The notes beneath the pieces are model-generated. The model was not told the DNA's origin. It did not search any database and saw only the letters and a program-made list of their open reading frames with translations. A DNA stretch of 64,000 nt from Chrysomallon squamiferum (lineage: Eukaryota; Animalia; Mollusca): positions 19,530,001-19,594,000 of the forward strand of contig CM022671.1 in assembly GCA_012295275.1 (NCBI GenBank). The letters are read 5' to 3'. Positions 1 through 13,246 of this stretch are shown one piece after another. Within the stretch, counting starts at the first letter, position 1. Every line of letters begins with the position of its first letter. A program made the translations under genes and the position numbers.

Positions 1-594
1 GCCATTAAAATACAGTTATCCACGAAACATGTATAAATTCTGGAATGGATATGTATTCTTGAAGACGTGCTTTCTTTATTTACGAAATAGCTGAAATTTA
101 TTGTTTACACTTGACTTACTTATTTCGTAATTGCACATTTAATTGTATTGGTATTTCTGTCCACCAGCTGAATCTTCATCCCATCAACGTATTAGCTTAT
201 ATTTCAGCCTAATCACCTTTGTCTGTCTGGCTGTCTATCTTTCTCTATTCTGTCTTATTGTTAATAATATATCTTTGAATGTCTGTTTACATTTTTATTT
301 TTAAAAGAATATTTTGTATATCTACGTTCATCCAATTATTTTCTTTATTAAAAATTCAAAATTGAGTGGAATCATAATTTTTTTTTTACTTGTTTGAATA
401 GTAATGTCACATGTCTGACTTACATATATTGTTATTTAAATGTTCTCTTATTTGATGCAAAATAAAGAATGTCTGTAGCCTTAAGATGTTTTTTCCCGTT
501 CAAACTTTTTATAACCACAGTTACCTCAAGCCACGATTAGGAAAAATCCAAGTTTTAATTTAAACATTGTTTTGGAATGAAGAACATTGGGTTC

Positions 595-654
<60 letters not shown>

Positions 655-673
655 TATATATATATATATATAT
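595..673. repeat. (AAT)n followed by (AT)n microsatellite
   Basis: Read directly from the sequence. Confidence 0.95.
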
Positions 674-3600
674 TAAGAAAATTATATTTTAAGAAGAAAA
701 AAATGAATATAGAAAAGAGAGCTAATGTTAATAATTAAAAAAAAAAAAAAAAAAAAGGATGGAATGAGATTTTTTTATAAAAAGAAGAAAAGAAATAATC
801 AAAAGGAAACCAAACAAAAATAAAATAAAAATAAAAATCAGAAATAAAAAATAAAAAGTGAATATACTACTACTAATAAAATAATTTAAAAGAAATAATA
901 AATTAAAATCTTTAAATATATATTTAAAAAACACAAAAATTAAAAAGTACAAGAAAATGAAAAGATAAAGGACAAGCTTTCTTTATTATTAATTTTTTTT
1001 TTCTTCAGTGACAGAATTTTAATAATATTGGAAGAGTGAGAAAGATCATCTTATTGTTCTGCCGCTAACCAATATCGGTAACTTTCTCTTGAGCAATGAT
1101 CAACATCAAAGCTGACTGAAATCTTTGGTATAAAAACTTGTTCGCCTGTGGAATAATGAACACAACTTCATATTCGAACATCAGCACTTGGCTGCAATAA
1201 CAAAGCAGAACGTTTTTTTTCTTTTTCATTCCCAAATGAAAACGTCATTACCGGAAGGGAGATAACTGTGTTCAGAATTTCTTTGTCGCAGCCATTGACA
1301 AATTCTTATGCTTGTTGATGAGTTGTCATTATAATCAATATTGTCTGCGGGCCGAATCGCAAAAACGAAATGATTGTTCCGGCTGATTAAACCTTGTCGT
1401 CGACGCCAATATAGAGCAAATGAAAAGGTCCCAGCGACATCGAGAAAACGTCGTTAAAATCGGTACAACGCAATTAGCAAAGCGTCACGTCGCGTCGCTT
1501 TCTCTCGCGGCTTCTGCGGATTTTTTCTTCACGCACACGCGACGCGCATAGCGAATAAAAACGTCTGTGCATCTTAGAATCAAATTCTGACAAATTTTAC
1601 GTAATCGGCGCAGTGTACCGTTAAAATAAACGAGCGATGGAATGTGTTATTTTGAATTTCCATGAAAGAAATTATTCCGGTCCTGTTTACGTTTCATTTT
1701 GTTTTCGGGTTTTCATGTCAATCATATTTGGCTTTTTATTCATTTGTTTCTTATGAACCTTTAAAATAAGACCTGCAAACAATTAATTAAAAAAAAAAAA
1801 AATGTGCTCTGTTATTTTATACTGTGAGTCTTTAAAGATAGTAATGTTTATTTTTTGAAGTGAATAATGATATTTAGTTAAATGGTGATAATGATGTATA
1901 AACTAAGACAGAACATTATAGTTAATACTGCATCTTTCAAAAACTTAAGTAAGTATTCTTTATCCTGGTTTTGGCAAAACATTTATTAATGACTTAAAAT
2001 ACCATATATTTAATGATTTAATATCAGTATGACATTAAATATATATTTATGCATATATACGAAGATTCAAACGAGGATTTTATAATATAAAATTTTGTGT
2101 CTTGGGAAAAAGTTTAGAAAAAAATAAAAATAAAACGCGAGAAAACTGTAAAGTAAATCTAACGTTAATGACAAAATACTGTTTCTAAAACCGTTATAAT
2201 TGTACAATTACTTTGCTTTCAATGAATGCTACACACCATAATTACGATTCCCGTTTTCAATTTGTATAACAAATTTTTAATTGCACGAAAACAACGATGG
2301 AAAAAATTCATTTCTATTTCATTTGTTTATCGATAATGGTTCTGTTTATTTACAGTTAGAAGAATGAGGAGATGATGAAGAATGATTATCTAAATCTGAC
2401 AACTTAGATTTACGAACAAAACATTTAATTCCGATAATCTGAAAGACTAAACACCAAGACTCGCTATATTTTTATTTATTCATTTATTTGAGAAAAAAAC
2501 GATAATCATCGATTATCAAAGCCAATAATATGAATACACAATGAATGCAGCCATTTAATATTCTGGCTAATTCCAAAAGGAGTATTAGCAGACTCGTTAA
2601 ATAAGGCTTTGTCATCCGATTCATTAGATAAAGCACCATTACAGATATAGATTTCGGATGATGTGTTGCGAGATGGCTCAGGATTTCTCGTTTTGGGCGT
2701 GAACAGGGACGCGTTCCGATTGTTTTGCAACAAGAGAACATTTACGAGCGTTAAACCGTTCAATCAATATTGATCTTTGATGTTTCCACTATCTTTCTTA
2801 CTTTAACTCCCAATCCATTAACTTCTGCTGATGCACGGACAATACAAACAAGAGGTCAACGGGGTTATTTCTTGACTTGTTTTCTGATGTATTAGCACGT
2901 ACATTGTTTACCAACAAGAGAGGTGAGATGTGATAAAACTATTTACGTACAATAAAAGTGTACAGCTACAAGCGTTGTGTGCAATAAATAATAATAAAAT
3001 AATGTCAGTTCCAACCAAACCCACTGGCTTACAGCAGTATGAAAAGAACTCTCGATATTACAAAGTCTTATTTTGAGTTTGCTAATACCCAGTGCTGGAA
3101 TTTTGTAATGGTTATTTTCAAATACTGAACACATTTTGTATGTTTATATCTTTTTTATTATTTGGTAAAAACTATACATTATTTTACTATATTCAGGTTA
3201 TTTCATATTCTCGTGTGCAATATTATGCTTAGCGTTCAAAATAAACATAAAATTGTTTTAAAATTACATTTATACAATCAAGATTAACGTAGGCTGGTAA
3301 ATGTTGATAGACATTATAACCATCAATGAAACAGACAGAACTCATTGTAGTTTCGACGTTAGAGAGATATTCAAAAATCTTTCTTGATAATCGCAACAAC
3401 CACTACAATATATGAAGTAACTACATGGGAGATAATAAGAAATGATAAAATGTAGCATTTGTATTATGTTTATGAATAAGGTATCTATAATTTTAGTGAA
3501 TATTGATCGAGACAAAGTCATAAATAGTGAAAGACCAGAAGCGAAGCCTATATATCCACGACAGTCTGGTCAAAACACACTTGTGGTCATCCTTAATAAC

Positions 3601-3942
3601 GTTATCTTCATAAATGTCATATCAAATACTATATTTGATCACATAATATGTCAAAGCAGACAGACGTAAAATATTTAATCAATTCTTTTATTTAAGTGTA
3701 AAATTAAAAACAGAAAGATCAACCAAATAAAAGAGGGAAATGTAACAAATAATAATTATAATAATATAATAATAATAATTGCAACGATGACGATAACAAT
3801 TATTATAAAATCAAGTAAACATATTTACCACTGTTGTAATATTATAATATCAATACGTACCTTCAAGATATAAAAATCAGTAAGCATTCAAATAAATCAG
3901 TACTTGAGCGTTACAGATTAAGAATGTCACCCCAAAACCTCA

Positions 3943-3976
<34 letters not shown>

Positions 3977-6900
3977 CCTGTTATAGTGTTTTGTTCAAAT
4001 TTCAGCTTCGTATAATCTAATTTTTATACTGAAATAAATCAAGTACGTCTTCTTTTTCAAAATTCGTTTGTAATATTGTCCTGCTTCTTGATACAGGCAA
4101 CCTACGTTGACGAGTAAACATCTTACAAAAATGAAACTAACAATAGGAAACAATTTCAAATATCTCACAAAATGAAACAAACAATAGGAAACGTTTTCAC
4201 TGGTCCGTGCAAACAGTGCAATCTGATTAGGATGTTAGACGACATACTGAAGTTAAGGTTTAAATTCGATTTGTGACCCGCTTCCCGAAGAAGTTTCATG
4301 ACATTTCATTGATTTACAAGAATGTGGAAACGAACCGGATCCAAGACAATCAGTGATCATAGGTTTCCACGATTCAAGACAGAAATTGACTTTATCCGAA
4401 CAGAAAGACGTCATGCGTCAACACTGTATTTTTAAAATTTCATCAGTTATTGATTAGCAGGGATTTTATGAAATTATAAAACAGACAACACTTTGGTAGT
4501 ATTGGATCTTTAGGCTAGTTATTTAACTCAGTGCTGTCCGTTTCAAGATCAAAACAGTGGGATTTATTGCTTCTGTCACATTATCGTAAAAAAAAGGCAG
4601 GTAATATTGTGATAAAAATATTAGTTAAAATAACATCAGTCTTAGAAAATATAACAATGAACAAAATTAAAAAGCCGTTTGTAATTAAACCTCACTGTTA
4701 AACTGAAAAAACATTCTGTAACATTAACCAGCTAATTAAAACTTGTTGTCATTTTGCACATACCAATTGTAAGATGTTCATTACAAATTTTATCTATTTT
4801 CTTTTCTCGGTTTCACGATATCTGGCATAAATAACAAAACAATAATCGAATGAGTTCCAGCAAGAAGTTAACATTATGGTGAACATCGAGAAGGAAATAT
4901 ATATTTTTTTCTCTTGAGTTAACATGCTTCATTGATAAATTTGGTTTCGCGTTTTAAAGCGATCATTATTTATCTTTAGATAAAAACTCACGCAAGGTTC
5001 AGCATCATCTAACTTTATTAAATTGTTAATTCACCATTCAGAATAACAGGACAATTTCTTTGGTATTAATTAAGAATATCATTACATTCACTGTCATTTT
5101 TGATGCATCACAGTCATTAATAACACGGCGTGAACTTTTCTACAGACTTTTTCCTCTGTCTTCTATTACTGCATTTTTTTCCTTAGTTGCAAAACGCTGT
5201 AGATAAAAAAATAAAAATGAAAAATAAAAAAAAATGTTTTCTTTTAAAATGACCTTTAAAACGAATGTTGGTACTTTGATAAGCGATAATATCGGAATGG
5301 AAATATCCTAAAGGGCGCACAGTAAAGGTATTCTATAATCTACTGTATAATTGCAAAAATGTGCTGGAATCAAATTAATGAATTCATTTCTTGGCAATTA
5401 CTATATGAAAATTCTCTCTCAGTTTTGTTTATTTTCTTTCTTTCTTTCTTTCTTTTAAATATTATTATTTTGTTGTTGCTGAGAAATGTGGATATAAAGA
5501 TTATAGTTTTGAACTGGACATTTTGACATTCTGCTATGAATCTTAATAAGACATGTAACATGTTGTTTAAAAAATTAATTAGGCAGTGTGTGCTACCAAG
5601 TTGTTTGTTTTGTTACTGTTTTTTGTACGTTACGTTATGTTATTTCTTCATCCTAATCAAATTACGTGCCTTATTTAGAGCTTGTCTGAAGGAATGATAT
5701 CATCTCCTTTCTGTTTCGTTCCCTTTTCCTTCAAGGACATCGTATTTCTTTCCACTGAGATTACGGTTGCCAACATTATTTAATGCGACAGGCAAAATTC
5801 TTCTGCACATTACAATAATTCTTTCTCTCTTCTGTTCTCTTTAAACAAATTAGATTCCAAAGAAGCTTATAAAATCAAACCTGACATTATAATTATTGCC
5901 TGGGTTTTATCCTCATCCTTTTGTAGACATAGTAATGAGATACACTTTCTGCAAGATAAATTTCATTTGACAAAGACGTGTGTCGTCATTTCAGAATGGA
6001 TTAAGATTATGGCTCACGACAAAGACTGTCTATTGTCAAGCGTCAAATCACATTGTATTCTTTCAATTATAAAGTGTTGTTGTCTACCACTCTCTGAGTT
6101 ATAAGAAAATATTTTTTCTGACAGATCTTTAATGAAGTTAAGCACTGTCTGTATCATTTCAGCAGTGATGAATTCTTTGAAGATTCATGAAGATGATACA
6201 TGAAAACAGTCATAGAGAATACAGAGTTTATTTATATTTACCTGCAACCAGTCGTTGTCTCTCGTTATATATTTATATAATGTATATATAAAAACAGTTT
6301 GTAATTTATTTACGGTTGGTTTTTTGTTTGTTGTTGTTGTTATATTTTGTTGTTTTGCTTTGTCTGTTTTTGTGGTTTTTTGGCTTTTGCGGGGGTTTGT
6401 TGTTTGCTTATTCCATTGCTGTTTCTGTTTCGTACTTCAGGTTACTGGCAATGTACTACATATTTTAAGAATAACTTAACCTTATTAACAGTGTCGACAC
6501 ACAGAGGACGAAGTGCAATAAATATGTTAATTGGTTTTCTTCATTTACATTACCTACGCTTTCTTGACCGTGTTCCCGAAGTTTCTTTCTTTTGTCAATA
6601 CCGTAATAATTATAACACTTGTTTAAAATCCACGAAAAAGTATAAAGTGCTTAAGAATGCAATATGTTAATTAAAATGAATTTAATGTCTCCAAAATAAT
6701 TACATTATCATATGTTTATGTATATACATCCGTACGTATATATGTATTGTGTATGTATGTATGTATGTTTGTATACATTTATTGTGTATGTCTAATGGAT
6801 TTTACTAACAATACTACTAATAAACTATTACTTCTACTAGTATTACTGTTATTACTGTTATTACCACTATTGCTTCAACTGCTATACTATTTTAGCAATT

Positions 6901-9324
6901 ATTATAATACTTGCTACTGCTGTTACTACTTGTACGTATTTCTGCTGTCCTTCGGTCATTATTATTATTTCTTCAGTATTATTTCTACTTCTATCACTGC
7001 TGCTACTATGAATAAAACATTTCTCCTACATCTACTACGACCACTGTTACCTCTGCTATTACCATTACTACTGCTATTAAGAATGATACTGTTGTTTCTA
7101 GCACTACCACTGCAACAACTGTTAAAGCAGTGGGAAAAAGTTTCAATCAAATCCCTGTCTGCTTTTAATCCGATCCTACTGAAATAATAGATCTTTCATG
7201 ATTGATTTGTCCCTAGAGTATACTGCTTTAGTGGCAATGAAAACTCACCGTATTACTTTGCCTTTCGAATCAACTGTAATTTATTTTTTTAATTATTTCT
7301 TTTTCCAAAGAACTCGAATTTTTATACCAGAGAATAATGTTTAATTATAATATTGTAACTGGATCAGAAAAATCATTGCAGATTTGTAGTTATTTAGATT
7401 GACAGTCCACTATCTAAATTCTAATAAGCTTCTAAATCCGACTTTCTCTTTCGTAAAGCTTGATTTGCATAATCAGCTTCATGCAGGTTATAGTCCAAAA
7501 AGGGCTTAACCTAGAACAAATTGCAATATAATTCTTAACTGCTTCTTGTTTAAGGAAGTGCCCTACTTTGTACGAATATACTACAAGTTCGGATGAAATC
7601 AAACTATTTATGATGTGTTCCTAAATAAGGTGTTGTAAACCTCAAATTTCATTTCTTAAAGTGTATTTGGTTATAGCAGACAGAAATTTTAGATAATCTT
7701 GAACAAAATTGTTATAATTCATTTTCATTTTGCCTTTCTGCTAGTTTGACAAGGAACTGAAGAAATGAATTTTACAACATCTTGTTTTACAGTAAATTAT
7801 ATCTAATAAGTATAATGATGTAACCACTTTGGTGAACTGACCCTACGATTTATCATCCCTTAAGCAACTAAGGGATAATCACTGATATACTCCATTATGA
7901 ATTTATACAACGATAATTAAAACAATTGTTACACAATTGTTTACGCCATTTAGGAACAACACAAGCTGTTAATGAACGCGAATGCGTTTCCTAATTTTGC
8001 GTTAAAGTCTTGCTAACGAAATAGCACGTATCTTCGACTTCTCAACGTCATAGAAGGAACCTTTAGATTCTGCAAGTAATTGGTTTAGCACGTACGACGG
8101 AAGGAGCCCATTGGTACCCTGGCGATCTGTGATATTCGGAAATTAGGCAAGTTCGGCAACAATGGGCTTTGCTTTGATTCCATTTGTCAGTTAACACAAC
8201 AAATAAGTGTGTCAGCACTTCTACCGGAAGAAAAAGCCACTCTGGAGAGTCAGTATGATAACAATAATTTCTCTTTATTTTCTTATCGGGGATAAGGTTA
8301 CATAAATCGGATGGTCTGTTACCCAACGATAATCGAGTATAATCTGGATAATACGTTTACCTTCCTGACAGTTTATGTTTTAAGGGCATATGTTGAGACA
8401 AGTTCTGTGACATTGCATGTTGACATTTGCACTAATATTATGTATGTTATTGAACCAGTGGCTCCTGCCTATCATTAACGAAATAGTTTAGACATAGATC
8501 TTATATTATAATTGTTATTCAACAAGGTAATTCAGGAATATTAACAACAAAATTTCTTATAAATGAATAGACTATTCAGATTGAAATTAGAAAAAAGAAA
8601 GTTATAGCAAAGACTTCAGTTATCTTTTTTATATTGATGATGTTGATGATGTTAATAATATGATAATAATATAAATATTTGGTTATTATTATTATTGCCA
8701 TAATTTAATCAAAACGAAATTTTATCAGTGTTCTGATTATTTTCGTGACATGAAGTCAATACTTCTAATAACATTTGGGAAAATAAACACATTCTTATAT
8801 ATTACTGAGAAATATTTGATACATTCGTTCAAACAGTGAAATATAACTCAATACTGACGGTTTTCCAATATCGTACAGATTTCATAATTCGATGAATAAT
8901 GGCTGTTAAAATACTGTCACATATCTTTTGGTATGTACACATCTACAATAAGAGACCGATTATTTCAACAAATGTAAAGAGCTATGGATGCACATAAGAT
9001 GAATTTTAGTTACAGGATAAATCTCGATAATATAAGACCGACAGGTTGCAGAATGAATTACCTTATGTTATTTCAGTTTACCTTCAACAGAAATTGTTTT
9101 CTATCTTCTTCTTTTTTTATTTTATTAATCATTTTCCATAATGATTTACTCTAATAATCGAAACATTTTGAGTTGTTGTGAACATCTGTTTATTCATTCA
9201 TTCATTCTTTTATTCACATATAGGTTCATTTATTTATTCACTGTTACCACTGGCCTCGAGTCGAATAACATTTATTATAAGAGCTGAGGAATTCTGTAGC
9301 CATCTTTTGATTAAATAATAGGTA

Positions 9325-9543
9325 CCGAGTATTTCTAGAACATATATTTATTCTTTCCTGGACTGTAATCACAAATAAAGACCCAGATTTTCTTAAACAC
9401 ATATATTTTCTTTCCTAAATTATAAAATTTGAGTTCCCTGGTTTTCTTAAACATATATATTTTTCTTCACTAAATTGTAATGTTTGAGTACAGAGATTTT
9501 CTTAAACATGTATTTCTTCCTTCCTAATTTGTAAAATTCTAGT
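9325..9543. repeat. Degenerate ~50-55-bp minisatellite, about 4 copies
   Basis: Recurring unit resembling AGATTTTCTTAAACAYATATATTTTCTTTCCTAAATTGTAAAATTTGAGT. Confidence 0.75.
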
Positions 9544-11512
9544 GATTACACTCTGTACTGGTTGCTCACTAACTAACTATGGTCAATACGGACAGGTTCT
9601 TATCTGCAACTGGCTTCTCATGATGTTGTCCAGATGCAAAAATGTCAACTGAACTTCGAAAGGCTAGATTCTTCTAAAATGTTATTGTTGTTTCACTCTT
9701 CTTCTTCCTCTTCTTGTTATTTTATTAGTTACTTTCCGCACAGCTGGTTGATGTCTTTATAGATGCCTACGTATATATTTATTTTTATCTGTATATTAGA
9801 GTGTGTATATGTGTAAGGCTTTAATACATTTTTCGATTTCTAAATCTAAATATCATAGAATATTTAGTGTTTGCTCTAAGTTTGACAAGGGAAGCTAAGT
9901 GTACTTTGTCGATTGTTACTTGGTTTAAGAAACAATATGCACAGCCGCCCATTAATGATAAGATCTTTATTGCTGAATATCATTTCCTTAATGTGATTCA
10001 GGTTGGTCATTCCATTGTTAGTTTGATTCGTCTTCTTAATGTAACAGCGGCAGCAACTGTTATTTGTTTTTCTCATGTAAATAGAATGAATACATGGATG
10101 CATGGAGGGTTGGAGTAGAGACATACTGTATGCAGTTACTGTAAGAACGGGTTGATGGTAGGTGAACAAAAGTGGGTTGATCAGTGGTAACTAAGCGGGT
10201 TGATGAATGTATTAATCCATTAAAGAATATTTTAGATGTAAATCCTCAGAGTACAAAAACAGTGTAGATCTATAGTGTTTCAGAACACGGCTTGCAATTG
10301 ATTTTTTTCTAATACTTTGTAACAGTTTTTTTTTTTTTTTTGTCTACGTATCTGTATTTTCTCTGTAAGAAATCAACTTAATATAAATGGCAGTCAGTAC
10401 GTTTCTTTTTGTAAAACTAACGATCTGTATACATTGCCTTTTGTTAGCTGCTTTTGATAGTCTTTGCAAAAAATGTGTGTTTTCCTTTGAATCACAGTTC
10501 CTTTGTTCACTGTCTGAGATTACATTTGTACAAAACCCGGTAATAAAATTGTTTTACAAAATGTAACAGTTCTCTGGCCTCGGTGGCGCCGTGTTCGTGT
10601 CATTCGAGTCGTTTCGCTTCTAGCAGTGACCAAAACGATCTCGCACGATCACAAAAAACATCCCACACTTCTTCAAACAGCATATTCCAGGAATTATCAC
10701 TAATCTATTAATCTGCGTTTCTACACCATGTTCTTTGCTGAGAACGTCATAACAAGGAAAATGTGTCAGAAAACTATTTATAAAGATGTAGAAAAACCTA
10801 TTTTAAATCACGAACATTCAGTCTTACTCCACCTATTATGATTTTAAGATGGAAATTATTGTTTTTAAAGCCGATCAAAATCTGGACATAAATTTATTTT
10901 AAAATATTTCTTAGGCTATTTTATTGTTGTTGTTGTTGTTGTTGTTATTTGTTGATATATTTTGTAAATGGATAGTACATTTTTCAAAAATAAATACGAT
11001 ATTACTAAATGTTGAAATGTTAATTACTGATATTTTTAGCAAATATATAAATACGATTTTAACTCAAAACGTTATCGATGAAAAATATATTAAAAATAAA
11101 CGCAAAGTGGATTTATTTTATTTAGAAGGCTATCTTTAAGTGCTATATGGTTTAGACTGGAAGATGTGGCAGATAATTAAATAAATAAGATATCAACTGA
11201 AACGTTATGGTGTTGAAATATCTTGAGACGATTGTAACTGGCAAAACACAAATCAGAAAACAGCATCTATTCAGCCTTCAATACATGCCCCAACTTTCAC
11301 TTTCTCTTGTTATTAATACTCATTTTTAACTTTTTATTTTCAAACTAAATTAAAAATTTCTGATACTTTTCTCTAAACGTGTAATAAGTGTGGATGTCTT
11401 TGGGGGATTCTTAGATCTAACAGACAGAAATATTTCTGTCGTAATCTCTGAAACTATCTGGTCCTCTGCGTCGAGAACAGCTTAGTTTGCAAGCTTGTGA
11501 CTCGATCAATAT

Positions 11513-11521
11513 AGCCAATCA
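11513..11521 (+). promoter_or_regulatory. Candidate CCAAT (NF-Y) box about 1 kb upstream of the NPR-like ATG
   Basis: AGCCAATCA matches the extended NF-Y consensus RRCCAATCA. The transcription start site is unknown, so this is motif evidence only. Confidence 0.3.
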
Positions 11522-11622
11522 CCCATTAGAATGGTAGAAAATGCGGAACCGTTATTCCACGTGCACAGATATCCGCGACTGACTTTGTCAGTGAGTTGTC
11601 TTCATTTTTCTGATAGCTGGAC

Positions 11623-11623
<1 letters not shown>

Positions 11624-11673
<50 letters not shown>
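11624..11673. repeat. (ATT)n microsatellite about 0.9 kb upstream of the ATG
   Basis: Read directly from the sequence. Confidence 0.95.
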
Positions 11674-11684
<11 letters not shown>

Positions 11685-12051
11685 TCTTAAATAATTTCGT
11701 CTCTATTTTCGATCGGTCTCTGAACAATACCGTGTTTCTTTTTATCTTTCTGTTGTTATTCTTTTCAAAGATAGTATTAATTAGTAGTTGCTTGGAAACA
11801 TTTACCTGTACGATAGCAAGCCGCTTCTTTGAGAAATGAAATGTGACAAACTATCCAGCTAATAGTGATTCTCAGAAAAGGAACCGTACAGCCACAGCTA
11901 TATCAGAAATTTCTTTACTAGATTTCTCATTTACGACTATTGATCAAGTGGGAGGAGTGAAAACAAGGCATGGCTTCTGAAGATGGATCAGATTCACCAT
12001 TCTTTTTACCGTCCTGTCGCAAGACCTGTCAGCGGAGAAATATTTTGTTGT

Positions 12052-12400
12052 CATTTAGTAAACAGATATCCACAGTGTAAAGAACACTTGAAATTTAGTA
12101 AACACTGCACTTGAGTGTCGAGAAAGCAAAGTACGAAGTATCACTGAATATTTAGTAAACATATATCTACAGTGTGAAGAACACTTGAAATTTAGTAAAT
12201 AGATATCTATAGTGCGAAGAACGTCTCATCGAGCATTTAACTACTGAATGAAGAACGTCTCACTGAAAGTTTAGCAAAACATATATCTACAGAGTGAAGA
12301 AAGTATCGGCGAAAGGAAGGATAGCAAACATCAAAAGTGCTGATAATCAGTCGCCAAAAGTTTAGTAAATATATGTCTACAAGGTGAAGAGAAAAACATA
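12052..12400 (+). repeat. Degenerate ~40-bp tandem repeat upstream of the start codon (5'UTR or proximal promoter)
   Basis: Core TTTAGTAAAYAKATATCTACAGTGTGAAGAA recurs about 6 times. GTAAAYA starts at 12058, 12098, 12155, 12195 and 12365, with a degenerate copy near 12274. Two pairs are exactly 40 bp apart. Confidence 0.8.
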
Positions 12401-12555
12401 TCACTAAATGTTAATAACTGAATGCTATCTGATTGTACAGTTTTATAAATTATCCACAAATGTTGATATTTTAATACTTAATGTAGTATATTAATTGTAA
12501 AAATAATCCTATCTAAACTTCGAGTATTGAATTTCTGTTTATCTGTAAGACGAAG

Positions 12556-13246
12556 ATGGCTGATAAACTCGTAACAACGTGGTTTTACCTGATGTGTTTT
12601 TTCGCCCACTGTCACTCACATAAATCTCGTGAAGTTAAAATCGCGGTGTTGTTACCTTTTGAAGACAGATGGATGTTCTCTATCCGTCATGTGGCACCTG
12701 CCATTAATCTCGCCCTTGATGAACTCAATCGAAACAAGGAATGGAGTGAAAAATACAATTTTTCCATAAGGTACAGTGATAGCAAATGCAACATCGCGGA
12801 GGGTATAAACAAAGCCATAGATTTCTACATTAAAAAACAGGTCCATATTTTTTTGGGTCCGGTCTGTGACTTTTCTCTTGCTCCCGTTGCAAGGCAAGCT
12901 GCGTTTTGGAATTTGCCTTTAATTTCGGCCGGGGCCCTAGCTCGAGATTTTGGCGACCTTAGATTCGCTTATTACAGGTTAATGACACGTATCGGTCAGA
13001 CAAATATTAAACTACTGTATAATTTCGTTTCGGACGTTATGTTGTATTACAGCTGGCTTAAAATAAAACTGTTGTATTCGAAATATGGACAGAACTACCG
13101 GATGCGAAGACTGTGTCATTTAGTTACAGAAGCGCTGCATTATGATCTGCTAAAAAGAAAACCATCTTTGGAACAGGATTACTTCTGCATAGACAACGTC
13201 GACATTGAGTACTTCTTGCGAAAAGAAATTGGTCTGGATTATTCAG
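12556..13246 (+). CDS. First coding exon of an atrial natriuretic peptide receptor-like protein (NPR-C/NPR-A family; ANF_receptor periplasmic-binding-protein-fold ectodomain, N-terminal part); partial gene
   Basis: The ORF starts in a strong Kozak context (gaagATGG) with a signal-peptide-like N-terminus (MADKLVTTWFYLMCFFAHCHS). NPR ectodomain motifs follow in order: VKIAVLLP, FSIRHVAPAINLA, YSDSKC, IFLGPVCDFSLAPVARQAAFWNLPLISAGA, YRLMTRIG, LCHLVTEAL. Similarity ends at GLDYS-G, where CAG|GTGAGC (13247) is a consensus donor. The exon is 691 nt (phase 1), which from recall matches the intron position just before the V(V/I)xC motif of vertebrate NPR exon 1. The paralogue (cyclase-bearing or clearance type) cannot be decided from this exon. 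Confidence 0.92.

Noticed and set aside
6747-7187. 146-aa Leu-rich, membrane-protein-like ORF
   Set aside because: Derived from degenerate (CTA/TTA)n repeats following a (TATG)n tract, with no family motif.
12052-12400. Repeat-with-variable-spacer pattern superficially like a CRISPR array
   Set aside because: The repeats are degenerate, the spacers are related to each other and irregular, there are no cas genes, and the context is eukaryotic.
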